Assembly: GCA_942492965.1 (NCBI GenBank)
Contig: OW818656.1
Location: forward strand, 1,998,360 to 2,062,359
Direction: 5' to 3'
Length of the DNA: 64,000 bases
From: an uncultured Alphaproteobacteria bacterium
Lineage (GTDB): Bacteria; Pseudomonadota; Alphaproteobacteria; Sphingomonadales; Sphingomonadaceae
This document shows positions 23,828-32,895 of the stretch, piece after piece; position 1 is the stretch's first letter, and each line of letters starts with the position of its first letter. The position numbers were made by a program, and so were the translations under genes. A model generated the notes under the pieces. That model did not search any database. It saw only the letters and a list, made by a program, of their open reading frames with translations, and had not been told where the DNA came from.

Positions 23828-24748
23828 ATGCAGCCCGCCATCGAAATCCGCGACCTCGAAAAAACCTATTCGGACGGCAAGCGCGCCCTGAAAGGCGTCA
23901 GCTTCGACGTGCCGCGCGGCCAGATTTTCGGCCTTCTCGGCCCCAACGGTGCGGGCAAGTCCACGCTCATCAACATCCTCGCGGGCCTTGTGAACAAGAC
24001 CGGCGGCACCGCGCGCATCTGGGGCTTCGACATCGATGAAGACCGCAGGAATGCCAAGCGCGCCATCGGCATCGTGCCGCAGGAAATCCTGTTCGACGCC
24101 TTCTTCACGCCGTTCGAGACGCTGGAGATTCACGCCGGGCTCTACGCCGTGCCGAAGGCCGAGCGCCGCACGATGGAAATCCTCCGCGCGCTCCGGCTGG
24201 AGGACAAGGCGCATGCCTACGCGCGCACGCTTTCGGGCGGCATGAAGCGGCGGCTCCTCATCGGCAAGGCGCTTGTCCACAATCCGCCGATCCTGATTCT
24301 CGACGAGCCGACCGCGGGCGTCGATATCGAGCTGCGACAGCAGCTCTGGTCCTATGTGCGCCAGCTTCACGCGGCGGGCACGACTGTGGTGCTCACCACG
24401 CACTATCTGGAAGAGGCCGAGGAGCTCTGCGACCGCATTGCCATCATCAACCACGGCGAGGTGGTGGCAAACGACGAAACGCACGCGCTCCTCGCCAGCG
24501 CTCAGGAAAAGTGCCTGATCGTCACGGTGGACCGCGACCTCGACAGCCCGCCCGCCGGTCTCCCGGCCGGGAAGACCGAGCTGAAGGGCACGCGTCAGCT
24601 CATCCTCACCTACAATCGCGGCGCGCTCACCGCAGGCGATCTTCTGCAGGCGATCAGCGCCACCGGCCTCGGCGTCGTCGATGTCTCGACGCGCGAGGCG
24701 GACCTTGAAGACGTGTTCCTTCACCTCACGCGGCAAGTGGCCGCCTGA
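23828..24748 (+). CDS. ABC transporter ATP-binding protein (ABC-2 type)
   Basis: Walker [10 protein letters not shown], signature LSGGMKRR, Walker [13 protein letters not shown]. Confidence 0.9.
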   Translation: MQPAIEIRDLEKTYSDGKRALKGVSFDVPRGQIFGLLGPNGAGKSTLINILAGLVNKTGGTARIWGFDIDEDRRNAKRAIGIVPQEILFDAFFTPFETLEIHAGLYAVPKAERRTMEILRALRLEDKAHAYARTLSGGMKRRLLIGKALVHNPPILILDEPTAGVDIELRQQLWSYVRQLHAAGTTVVLTTHYLEEAEELCDRIAIINHGEVVANDETHALLASAQEKCLIVTVDRDLDSPPAGLPAGKTELKGTRQLILTYNRGALTAGDLLQAISATGLGVVDVSTREADLEDVFLHLTRQVAA

Positions 24749-26337
24749 TGCAGTTCGACGTCCTCGTCATCGGCTCCGGCGCTGCGGGGCTCACCTGCGC
24801 GCTCAACCTCGCGCAGCATTTCCGCGTCGGGGTGTTGTCGAAGGCGGACCTGTCCGCCGGATCGACGTCGTGGGCGCAAGGCGGCATCGCGGCCGTGCTG
24901 GAGCCGGGCGATACGTTCGAAAGCCACATCGAAGACACGATGGTGGCGGGCGCGGGGCTCAACCACCGCGACATCGTCGAGTTCGTCGTTGAAAACGCCC
25001 CCGCCGCGATCGAGCGCCTTGCCGAGATCGGCGTGCCCTTCAACGCGGGCGGCACCGAGCGCTGGCACCTGACGCGCGAGGGCGGCCACAGCCATCGCCG
25101 CATCGTCCATGTCGATGACGCGACGGGCTGGGCGGTGCAGCAGGCGCTCGAAAAGGCCGCCGCCGCGAACCCAAATATCACGCTGCTGCCGGACCGGGTC
25201 GGCATCGATCTCGTCACCAGCCGTCACGGCGAACGCTATTCGGGCGACGGACATGTCTGGGGCGTCTACGCGCTGGACCGCACCACCGGCCGCGTCGAGA
25301 CGCTGACGGCGCGCGCCACGGTACTCGCCACCGGCGGGGCGGGCCGCACCTATCTGTTCTCCACCGCGCCGCGCGGCGCCACGGGGGACGGCATCGCCAT
25401 GGCGTGGCGCGCGGGCTGCCGCGTCGCCAACATGGAGTTCATGCAGTTCCACCCCACCTGCCTCTACAATCTGGAGGTCAAGAACTTCCTCATCACCGAG
25501 GCGGTGCGCGGCGAAGGCGGACACCTGAAGCTTCCCCCCGGCGTCGCCGGCGGCGGCGAGCGCTTCATGCCGCGTTTCGATTCGCGCGCCGAGCTTGCGC
25601 CGCGCGATATCGTCGCCCGCGCCATCGACCACGAGATCAAGCGTCTCGGCCTCGATTACGTGCATCTCGATATCAGCCACATGGGCGCCGATTTCGTGAA
25701 GGGCCACTTCCCGAACATCTACGAGAAGCTGCTCTCGCTCGGCATCGACATGACGAAGGATCCGATCCCGGTCGTCCCCGCGCAGCACTATACGTGCGGC
25801 GGCGTCGTCATCGACCGCGACGGCCGCACCGATCTACCCGGCCTCTACGCGGCGGGCGAGGTCAGTCACTCCGGCCTCCACGGCGCCAACCGCCTCGCCT
25901 CCAACTCGCTCCTCGAATGCTTCGTGTTCGGCGAGGCGGCGGCAAAGCATATCGCTGCGAACTGGGACGGGCTGGCCGCGCCGCCACCGATCCGCGCGTG
26001 GGACGAAAGCCGCGTCACCGATTCGGACGAAGAGGTCGTCATCAAGCAGAACTGGACGGAAATCCGCCGGTTCATGTGGAACTATGTCGGCATCGTCCGC
26101 ACCACCAAGCGGCTGGAACGCGCGCAGCACCGCATCAAGCTGCTCACCGGAGAGGTCGAGGATTTCTACGGCCACTTCCGCGTCACGCCCGATCTCATCG
26201 AGCTGCGCAATCTGCTCACGGCCGCCGACCTCATCGTCCGCTCCGCCCTCCGCCGCCACGAAAGCCGCGGGCTGCACTACACGCTCGATTACCCGCAGCC
26301 GTCGCCGGTCGCCGAGGACACGGTACTGATCCCATGA
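24748..26337 (+). CDS. nadB: L-aspartate oxidase
   Basis: VLVIGSGAAGL dinucleotide fold, HYTCGGV, GANRLASNSLLE. The start overlaps the ABC stop (TGATG). Confidence 0.9.
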   Translation: MQFDVLVIGSGAAGLTCALNLAQHFRVGVLSKADLSAGSTSWAQGGIAAVLEPGDTFESHIEDTMVAGAGLNHRDIVEFVVENAPAAIERLAEIGVPFNAGGTERWHLTREGGHSHRRIVHVDDATGWAVQQALEKAAAANPNITLLPDRVGIDLVTSRHGERYSGDGHVWGVYALDRTTGRVETLTARATVLATGGAGRTYLFSTAPRGATGDGIAMAWRAGCRVANMEFMQFHPTCLYNLEVKNFLITEAVRGEGGHLKLPPGVAGGGERFMPRFDSRAELAPRDIVARAIDHEIKRLGLDYVHLDISHMGADFVKGHFPNIYEKLLSLGIDMTKDPIPVVPAQHYTCGGVVIDRDGRTDLPGLYAAGEVSHSGLHGANRLASNSLLECFVFGEAAAKHIAANWDGLAAPPPIRAWDESRVTDSDEEVVIKQNWTEIRRFMWNYVGIVRTTKRLERAQHRIKLLTGEVEDFYGHFRVTPDLIELRNLLTAADLIVRSALRRHESRGLHYTLDYPQPSPVAEDTVLIP

Positions 26338-26342
26338 TCGGC

Positions 26343-26390
26343 CTCCCTCTCCCCGGCGGGGAGAGGGTTGGGGGAGAGGGGCAAACAAAG
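26343..26390. repeat. GC-rich three-arm REP-like element, copy 1
   Basis: CCCTCTCCCC-GGC-GGGGAGAGGG-TT-GGGGGAGAGGGG-CAAACAAAG, directly after the nadB stop. Confidence 0.7.
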
Positions 26391-26449
26391 AACCGCGGAG
26401 CCGTCCGCGCCGCTCGCCAACGCCGCACCCGCTTGCTAAACGCACCTTC

Positions 26450-29266
26450 ATGACCGACTCCCCCCAGCATCTCTACCTCGTCGATGGGTCGAGCTTCATC
26501 TTCCGCGCCTACCACCGCCTGCCGCCGCTCACCGATCCGGAAGGCACGCCGGTCAACGCCGTGTTCGGCTTCACGGCGATGCTGTGGAAGCTGATCGAGG
26601 AGCTCAACAGGGGCGAGGGGCCGACGCATCTGGCGGTTATCCTTGATGCCTCGAAGCGCAGCTTCCGCATGGAGATCTACCCAGAATACAAGGCGAACCG
26701 GCCGGAACCGCCCGAGGACCTGATCCCGCAGTTTCCGCTGATCCGTGATGCCGTGCGCGCCTTCTCGGTGCCGTGCATCGAGGAGATCGGCATCGAGGCC
26801 GACGATATCATCGCCGCCTACGCCGTGAAGGCGCGCGAAGACGGCATGAAGGTCACCATCGTCTCGTCGGACAAGGACCTGATGCAGCTCGTCGGCGGCG
26901 GCATCGACATGCTCGATACGATGCGCGACCTCCGCATGGACGTGGCCCATGTCGAGGAGAAGTTCGGCGTGCCGCCCGAAAAGGTCGGCGACGTGCTGGC
27001 GCTGATGGGCGACGCGGTCGATAATATCCCGGGCGTGCGCGGCGTCGGCCCGAAGACGGCGACGCAGCTCATCCAGGAATATGGCGATGTCGAGACGCTG
27101 ATCGCCCGCGCCGGTGAGATCAAGCGCGACAAGCTGCGCGAGATGATCCAGTCGAGCGTCGACGCCATCCGTATGTCGCGCGTGCTGGTCACGCTGAAGA
27201 CCGACTGGCCGCTGCCCGAGCCGATTTCCGAATTCGCGCTGAAGGATCCGCCACACGAACCGCTCGCCGCCTTCTTCCAGAAGCACGGCTTCCGCACGCT
27301 GCTGGCGAAGCTCGGCAAGCATAGCGCGGAGGAAATGTCCGCCGGGCGCGGCGGCGCGCCGCTACCGGCGCCCGACGCCTTCTCGCCGGCGCTGCTGCCT
27401 TTCGAGCACGACAAATACGAGACCGTGACGACGCTCGAAGCGCTCGACGTCTGGATCGCGGAGGCTTTCGCGGCGGGCACCGTGGCGGTCGATACCGAAA
27501 CCGACAGTCTCGATGCGATGCGCGCCAATCTCGTCGGCGTCAGCCTAGCGACCGCGCCGAACCGCGCCTGCTACATCCCGCTCGGCCATGTCGCCGTCGA
27601 AGGCCTGCTCGGCGAAACGCCCGTGCAGGTGGACCGCGCAGAGGCGCTCGCCCGCCTGAAGCCGCTGCTCGCCGATCCGGCGACGCTCAAGGTCGGCCAG
27701 AATCTCAAGTACGACATGCTCGTGCTGTCGCGTCTCGGCATCACCATCGCGCCGTTCGACGATACGATGCTGATCTCCTACGCGCTCGATTCGGGCAAGG
27801 CGCAGGAAAACGGAGGCCCCGTCGGCCACGGCATGGATGCGCTTTCGGTGCGCACGCTCGGCCACACGCCCGTCGCGTTCAAGACCGTCGCGGGCACCGG
27901 CAAGGCGCAGGTCACCTTCGACAAGGTGCCGCTCGATGCCGCCACGAAATACGCCGCCGAGGATGCCGACTGCACGCTGCGCCTCTGGCAGCACCTGAAG
28001 CCGCGCCTGTGGAGGGAAAAGGTCACGCGCGTCTACGAAACCCTCGAACGCCCGCTCGTCCCCGTACTGATGCGCATGGAAAGCCGGGGCATCAAGGTGG
28101 ACCGCGCTGCGCTCGCGCGGCTCTCGGCGGATTACGCGCACGGCCTCGAACGGCTGGAGGGCGAAATTCACGCGCTCGCCGGCGCCCCGTTCAACGTCGC
28201 CTCGCCGCGCCAGCTCGGCGAAATCCTGTTTGAGCAGATGGGCCTGCAGGGCGGCAAGAAATCCGGCAAGACCGGCGCTTACTCCACCGATGTCGATGTG
28301 CTCGACCGCCTCGCCGGCGAAGGCGTCCCGATCGCGCAGAAGGTGCTGGACTGGCGCCAGCTCGCCAAGCTCAAGTCCACCTATACCGATACGCTGCAGG
28401 AGCAGATCAACCCGCAGACGGGCCGCGTCCACACCAGCTACGCGCTCGCGTCCACCACCACCGGCCGGCTCTCGTCGACCGATCCCAATCTCCAGAACAT
28501 CCCGATCCGCACCGAAGAAGGCCGCAAGATTCGCGACGCATTCGTGCCGGAGGACGGCAACGTGCTGCTTTCGGCCGACTACAGCCAGATCGAGCTGCGC
28601 CTGCTCGCCGAGATGGCTGAGATTCCCGCGCTCCGTCAGGCTTTCGCGGACGGTCTCGACATCCACGCGATGACCGCGTCCGAAATGTTCGGCGTGCCCA
28701 TCGAGGGCATGGATGCGTCGGTGCGCCGGCAGGCGAAGGCGATCAACTTCGGCATCATCTACGGCATCTCGGCGTTCGGCCTCGCGCGCAACCTCGGCAT
28801 CGATCGCGGCGTCGCGGGCGACTACATCAAGCGCTATTTCGAACGCTTCCCCGGCATCCGCGATTACATGGAGCGCACCAAGATGAGCGCGCGCGATCAC
28901 GGCTATGTCGAGACGCTTTTCGGCCGCCGCGTCCACACGCCGCTGATCAAGTCGTCGAACCAGGCCGAGCGCGCCTTCGGCGAGCGCGCCGCGATCAACG
29001 CGCCGCTGCAGGGCACAGCAGCGGACATCATCCGCCGCGCCATGGTCCGCATCGAGGATGCGCTCGAAGCCGAAAACCTGTCCGCCGCACGGATGCTGCT
29101 GCAGGTGCACGACGAACTCGTGTTCGAGGTTCCCGTGGACAAAGCGGCAGCGGCGGGCGTGGTCATCAAGCGCGTGATGGAGGATGCCTGTGCGCCGATC
29201 GTCGAAATGACGGTCCCCCTCGTCGTCGAGGTCGGCACCGGCCAAAACTGGAACGCCGCCCATTAA
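26450..29266 (+). CDS. polA: DNA polymerase I
   Basis: 5'-nuclease N-terminus (LYLVDGSSFIFRAYH), 3'-5' exonuclease domain, and pol motifs DYSQIELR and QVHDELVFE. Confidence 0.97.
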   Translation: MTDSPQHLYLVDGSSFIFRAYHRLPPLTDPEGTPVNAVFGFTAMLWKLIEELNRGEGPTHLAVILDASKRSFRMEIYPEYKANRPEPPEDLIPQFPLIRDAVRAFSVPCIEEIGIEADDIIAAYAVKAREDGMKVTIVSSDKDLMQLVGGGIDMLDTMRDLRMDVAHVEEKFGVPPEKVGDVLALMGDAVDNIPGVRGVGPKTATQLIQEYGDVETLIARAGEIKRDKLREMIQSSVDAIRMSRVLVTLKTDWPLPEPISEFALKDPPHEPLAAFFQKHGFRTLLAKLGKHSAEEMSAGRGGAPLPAPDAFSPALLPFEHDKYETVTTLEALDVWIAEAFAAGTVAVDTETDSLDAMRANLVGVSLATAPNRACYIPLGHVAVEGLLGETPVQVDRAEALARLKPLLADPATLKVGQNLKYDMLVLSRLGITIAPFDDTMLISYALDSGKAQENGGPVGHGMDALSVRTLGHTPVAFKTVAGTGKAQVTFDKVPLDAATKYAAEDADCTLRLWQHLKPRLWREKVTRVYETLERPLVPVLMRMESRGIKVDRAALARLSADYAHGLERLEGEIHALAGAPFNVASPRQLGEILFEQMGLQGGKKSGKTGAYSTDVDVLDRLAGEGVPIAQKVLDWRQLAKLKSTYTDTLQEQINPQTGRVHTSYALASTTTGRLSSTDPNLQNIPIRTEEGRKIRDAFVPEDGNVLLSADYSQIELRLLAEMAEIPALRQAFADGLDIHAMTASEMFGVPIEGMDASVRRQAKAINFGIIYGISAFGLARNLGIDRGVAGDYIKRYFERFPGIRDYMERTKMSARDHGYVETLFGRRVHTPLIKSSNQAERAFGERAAINAPLQGTAADIIRRAMVRIEDALEAENLSAARMLLQVHDELVFEVPVDKAAAAGVVIKRVMEDACAPIVEMTVPLVVEVGTGQNWNAAH

Positions 29267-29267
29267 A

Positions 29268-29314
29268 CTCCCTCTCCCCGCCGGGGAGAGGGCCGGGGAG
29301 AGGGGTAAACAAAG
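29268..29314. repeat. GC-rich three-arm REP-like element, copy 2
   Basis: CCCTCTCCCC-GCC-GGGGAGAGGG-CC-GGGGAGAGGGG-TAAACAAAG, directly after the polA stop, in the same orientation as copy 1. Confidence 0.7.
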
Positions 29315-29415
29315 CCTCTGTCACGCATCCGACATTTGTCTGTCACCAAAGCGTCATCGAACGCGCCTAGGGGCGGCGTCAGAACAGGTCATCCTTGAAG
29401 CGGAGACGAAATCCC

Positions 29416-30510
29416 ATGCGCACCACCAGCCTTGCACTTGCCGGTATCGGTCTTCTGGCGCTCGCCGCCTGCGATTCGTCCCCCGCGCCCACACCGCCGC
29501 AGGGCGGTGACACGGCTGCGACCGGCGGCGTCAATGTCTCCGGCCCGGCGCTGCGCATTGTCGGCTCGTCCACCGTTTATCCGTTCACCACCGCGGTCGC
29601 TGAAAACTTCCGCCGCAAGTATCCGGCCGCAGCCGCGCCGATCGTCGAATCGACCGGCACCGGCGGCGGCATCAAGCTGTTCTGCGGCGGCGTCGGCACG
29701 CAGCACCCGGACATCGCCAACGCCTCGCGCCGCATCAAGAAGAGCGAGGTCGAGCTTTGCAACGCGAACGGCGTGAAGCAGGTCGTCGAGATTCAGGTCG
29801 GCCTTGATGGTCTGGCGCTGGCACAGGCGAAGTCGGATGCGGATCTGGCGCTCACCACCCGCCACGTGTTCCTGGCGCTTGCCGCGACGAAGCCGGATGG
29901 CTCGAAGAACACGGTGAAGACGTGGAACGAGGTCGACCCCAAGCTGCCGAACCGCAAGATCGAAGTGCTCGGCCCTCCGCCGACGTCGGGAACGCGCGAT
30001 TCGTTCAACGAACTCATCATGGAAGCGGGCTGCAGCACGTTCCCCGAGCTCAAGGCGCTCAAGGAATCCAACGAGGACGAATACAAGTCCCGCTGCACGC
30101 GTCTTCGCGAGGACGGCGTCTATGTCGAAGCCGGTGAAAACGATAACCTCATCGTCCAGAAGCTTGTCGCCAACCCGCTCGCGCTCGGCGCGTTCGGCTA
30201 TTCCTATCTCGAGGAAAATCTCGACAAGCTGAAGGGCGTCACGCTCGATGGCGTCGCACCCGAATATGAGGCGATCGCGAGCGGCAGCTATCCGGCCTCG
30301 CGCGCGATGTTCATCTATGTGAAGGGCGAGCACGCCCGTGCGAAGCCCGCGCTCACCGCGTTCCTGCAGGAATACACAAGCGATGCGGCATGGGGTCCCA
30401 CCGGCTATCTCAAGGCGCGCGGTCTCATCGCATCGCCGGACGCTGTCCGCAGCGCAACCGCAGCGGCAGCCGCTGCGATGACGCCGCTCGACATCACCGC
30501 GCTCAAGTAG
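29416..30510 (+). CDS. PstS-family periplasmic substrate-binding lipoprotein
   Basis: Lipobox LLALAAC. GSSTVYPF and ESTGTGGGIK motifs are typical of phosphate-binding PBPs. No pstCAB genes are adjacent. Confidence 0.7.
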   Translation: MRTTSLALAGIGLLALAACDSSPAPTPPQGGDTAATGGVNVSGPALRIVGSSTVYPFTTAVAENFRRKYPAAAAPIVESTGTGGGIKLFCGGVGTQHPDIANASRRIKKSEVELCNANGVKQVVEIQVGLDGLALAQAKSDADLALTTRHVFLALAATKPDGSKNTVKTWNEVDPKLPNRKIEVLGPPPTSGTRDSFNELIMEAGCSTFPELKALKESNEDEYKSRCTRLREDGVYVEAGENDNLIVQKLVANPLALGAFGYSYLEENLDKLKGVTLDGVAPEYEAIASGSYPASRAMFIYVKGEHARAKPALTAFLQEYTSDAAWGPTGYLKARGLIASPDAVRSATAAAAAAMTPLDITALK

Positions 30511-30513
30511 GCG

Positions 30514-30789
30514 TCAGTTCAGCCTGAGCTCGTGATCGACAAAGCGGTATTCGGCCGCGCGGATCGATGCGCCGTGCATGATCCGCACCGAATGCAGCAT
30601 TCCGTCGATGCTGTGCGACCAGAAATCTAGGAACCGGATCAGCCGTGGAAAGCGCGGCGCCATGTCCAGCGTCTGCCACGTGAAGCTCTGCAGCACGTGC
30701 GGATGATCCGGCATATGGTAGAGGATATCGGCGGTCAGCGGGCGCCAGTCCTGCATCTGCCGGGTGAAGTCGTCATCAGCGCCGCGCAT
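30514..30789 (-). CDS. Usg-family protein
   Basis: LTADILYHMPDHPHVLQSFTWQTLDMAPRFPRLIRFLDFW matches the Usg signature from memory. ATG at 30789. Confidence 0.6.
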   Translation of the reverse strand: MRGADDDFTRQMQDWRPLTADILYHMPDHPHVLQSFTWQTLDMAPRFPRLIRFLDFWSHSIDGMLHSVRIMHGASIRAAEYRFVDHELRLN

Positions 30790-30916
30790 CGCATGCTCCC
30801 TTCCACGCAAACCTGGAACCGGTGCACAGGGAATCATGCCGTAACACGGCTGTAAATAACGTTAACGGCCGGGCTCCTGTCTCGCCCTGCTTGCCGATTG
30901 CTGGTAGCCGTGCGGC

Positions 30917-31282
30917 ATGAAACGCTTTCGCATCATCACGTTCGCCGCCGGAAGCCTGCTCGCTGCCAGTGAACTCGCCCGCTGGTGGGGCAATCCGCGC
31001 CTCGTGCCGCTCGCCTTTGATGAGATGCTGGTGGGCGTCGGCCTCGCGCTCGCCGCGCTCCTGACGAAGCGCCTCGGCCCCTCGGCGCTCGCCGCCGCAT
31101 GGGGCACGTTTTGCGGCCTGATGCTGTCGCTGCTCGTCCCGACGCTCGATCACCTGCTCCATGGCCCGCCCAAGCAGAGCGCCGGTTTCTACGGCGTCGT
31201 CCTCACGGCCATGTTGTGCCTTGGCCTCGCCGCGCTCGCCCACGCGCTGACCAGCGCCCGCGAAGGCGGCCGCGCGCGCTGA
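30917..31282 (+). CDS. Hypothetical 4-TM membrane protein
   Basis: High-GC3 codon pattern and four hydrophobic segments. The competing minus-strand ORF is Arg/Ala-rich junk. Confidence 0.55.
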   Translation: MKRFRIITFAAGSLLAASELARWWGNPRLVPLAFDEMLVGVGLALAALLTKRLGPSALAAAWGTFCGLMLSLLVPTLDHLLHGPPKQSAGFYGVVLTAMLCLGLAALAHALTSAREGGRAR

Positions 31283-31323
31283 GCCGGGTCCTTTTCCCTG
31301 TCGAATTTGCGGTGGCATCGCCG

Positions 31324-32061
31324 ATGGTGGCCTGTTACGCGGAAACGAGGGCTGCGGACGGCGAGGGGGAGATTGATTGTGCGGCGTTCGCTGTCCCTTT
31401 GTACAAGACACGCGACACGATACGCCGGTTGGATCGTGCACTAACCCAGGGGCCAACATTGCGACGCAAGACGCCGATCCAGAGCCGGGCGAAAGTCACC
31501 TCCGAGGCCATATTGGAGGCCGCCGAGATCATCATCCTGAAAGAAGGATATGAAAAGGCGACCACCAATTACATCGCCGAGAGGGCGGGGGTCAGCATCG
31601 GGTCGCTGTATCAGTATTTTCCGAACAAGGACGCAGTGCTGTCGGCGTTGATCGAACTCAAGGTGTCGACCGTCGCCAACAGTGTCCGCGCCATCCTGCG
31701 GGACACGATGGACCTGCCGCTACCCGACGCGAGCCGTAAGATACTGACCTATCTTCTCCAGAGCTTTCGCGAAAACAAGGTGCTTCTCTATTCGCTGGCC
31801 AAGCAGACCCCCGAGCTTGTGGAGCTGACGCAGAATCTTTCGGTCGAAAAATTCACCCACATGACGAACAAGGCCTTTTTCGAACAGCATGGCGATGAGA
31901 TATCGGTGAAGAACATCGATCATTCGCTCAACATTCTGGAAATCGCCGTGCTGTCAAACATACGCCGCTATATCCGGGACGAGCCGCCGGGCCTAAACGA
32001 CGAGGAATTCATCGACGAAATGGTCCGTCTGGCGATGGGGTATCTGAAGGGTCCGGCCTGA
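31324..32061 (+). CDS. TetR-family transcriptional regulator (paralogue 1)
   Basis: HTH region ATTNYIAERAGVSIGSLYQYFPNKDAV. The start is uncertain: in-frame TTGs at 31399, 31429 and 31459 would give a more typical ~200-220 aa. Confidence 0.85.
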   Translation: MVACYAETRAADGEGEIDCAAFAVPLYKTRDTIRRLDRALTQGPTLRRKTPIQSRAKVTSEAILEAAEIIILKEGYEKATTNYIAERAGVSIGSLYQYFPNKDAVLSALIELKVSTVANSVRAILRDTMDLPLPDASRKILTYLLQSFRENKVLLYSLAKQTPELVELTQNLSVEKFTHMTNKAFFEQHGDEISVKNIDHSLNILEIAVLSNIRRYIRDEPPGLNDEEFIDEMVRLAMGYLKGPA

Positions 32062-32081
32062 GAGGGCGGCGCGCGTGCCCC

Positions 32082-32888
32082 TCAGGTGCGTTCGTCCAGG
32101 AAATACATGGCGATCGATGCACGGTCGAAAACCTCGGCTTCGTCGCGCGAGAGCGCCGCATCGACGTGCGGATCGGCGCGCTGGGCCAGAAAATGCTGGA
32201 AGTCCGCTTCGGTCCAGAACCACACTTCCGTCATCACGTCGATCACAGGCGTTTCGGATGGCATGGGATAGGTGCGGCGATATTCGGCGAAGGTCGGCAG
32301 GCTGTCCTTCGTCAGCACGCTGAGCGCCAGCGCGCAGTGGCCATTTTCGTAACGGTCGATGAACTGATCGCGCGTCATTCCGGCTTTCTTCCGGATCAGG
32401 CCGATCAGTTTGATGGCCGGCCTTCCGGCATGGCCGGCGGGGTGTGGCTGCAGTGTGGCGGCGGGCGTGACGTATTCTTCGCATTCGAGGATGGTCATCG
32501 TCCCCGGCGCGAACAGGCACGCCTCGCTCTCAAGGATAGCCGTCTCGGTCGCCGGGTCGGCGAGCGCCCTGCGAAGCGGCCGGGCATCGCTGTACCAGAG
32601 CTGGGTGACGACATCAAAATCCGGCCCCTCATCGCGCCCGCGCGACACCAAGGGATGATCGACGACATAGTTGCGGCGATAGTCGGAGAAGAAGGGGAGC
32701 AGCGACCGTACGAGCGGCGCATGGTCGTTCTCGTAGCGGTCGATCAGCACCGCGCGCGGAACGTCGGGCCTGAATTTTACCAGAACCACCTGCTTGATCA
32801 CGCCGCGCTCTCCCGATCTCGATCCTGTTGCCGCAGCAGGCGCCGAAACCATCAGCGCCATCGCAGCCAGGAATTCCCTTCGCTCCAT
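32082..32888 (-). CDS. Tandem EthD-like domain protein with a twin-arginine signal
   Basis: MERREFLAAMALMVSAPAAA (RRxFL). Two internal repeats share IDRYEN-H, YRR-Y and DV-T--W. Confidence 0.6.
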   Translation of the reverse strand: MERREFLAAMALMVSAPAAATGSRSGERGVIKQVVLVKFRPDVPRAVLIDRYENDHAPLVRSLLPFFSDYRRNYVVDHPLVSRGRDEGPDFDVVTQLWYSDARPLRRALADPATETAILESEACLFAPGTMTILECEEYVTPAATLQPHPAGHAGRPAIKLIGLIRKKAGMTRDQFIDRYENGHCALALSVLTKDSLPTFAEYRRTYPMPSETPVIDVMTEVWFWTEADFQHFLAQRADPHVDAALSRDEAEVFDRASIAMYFLDERT

Positions 32889-32895
32889 CACCTCC

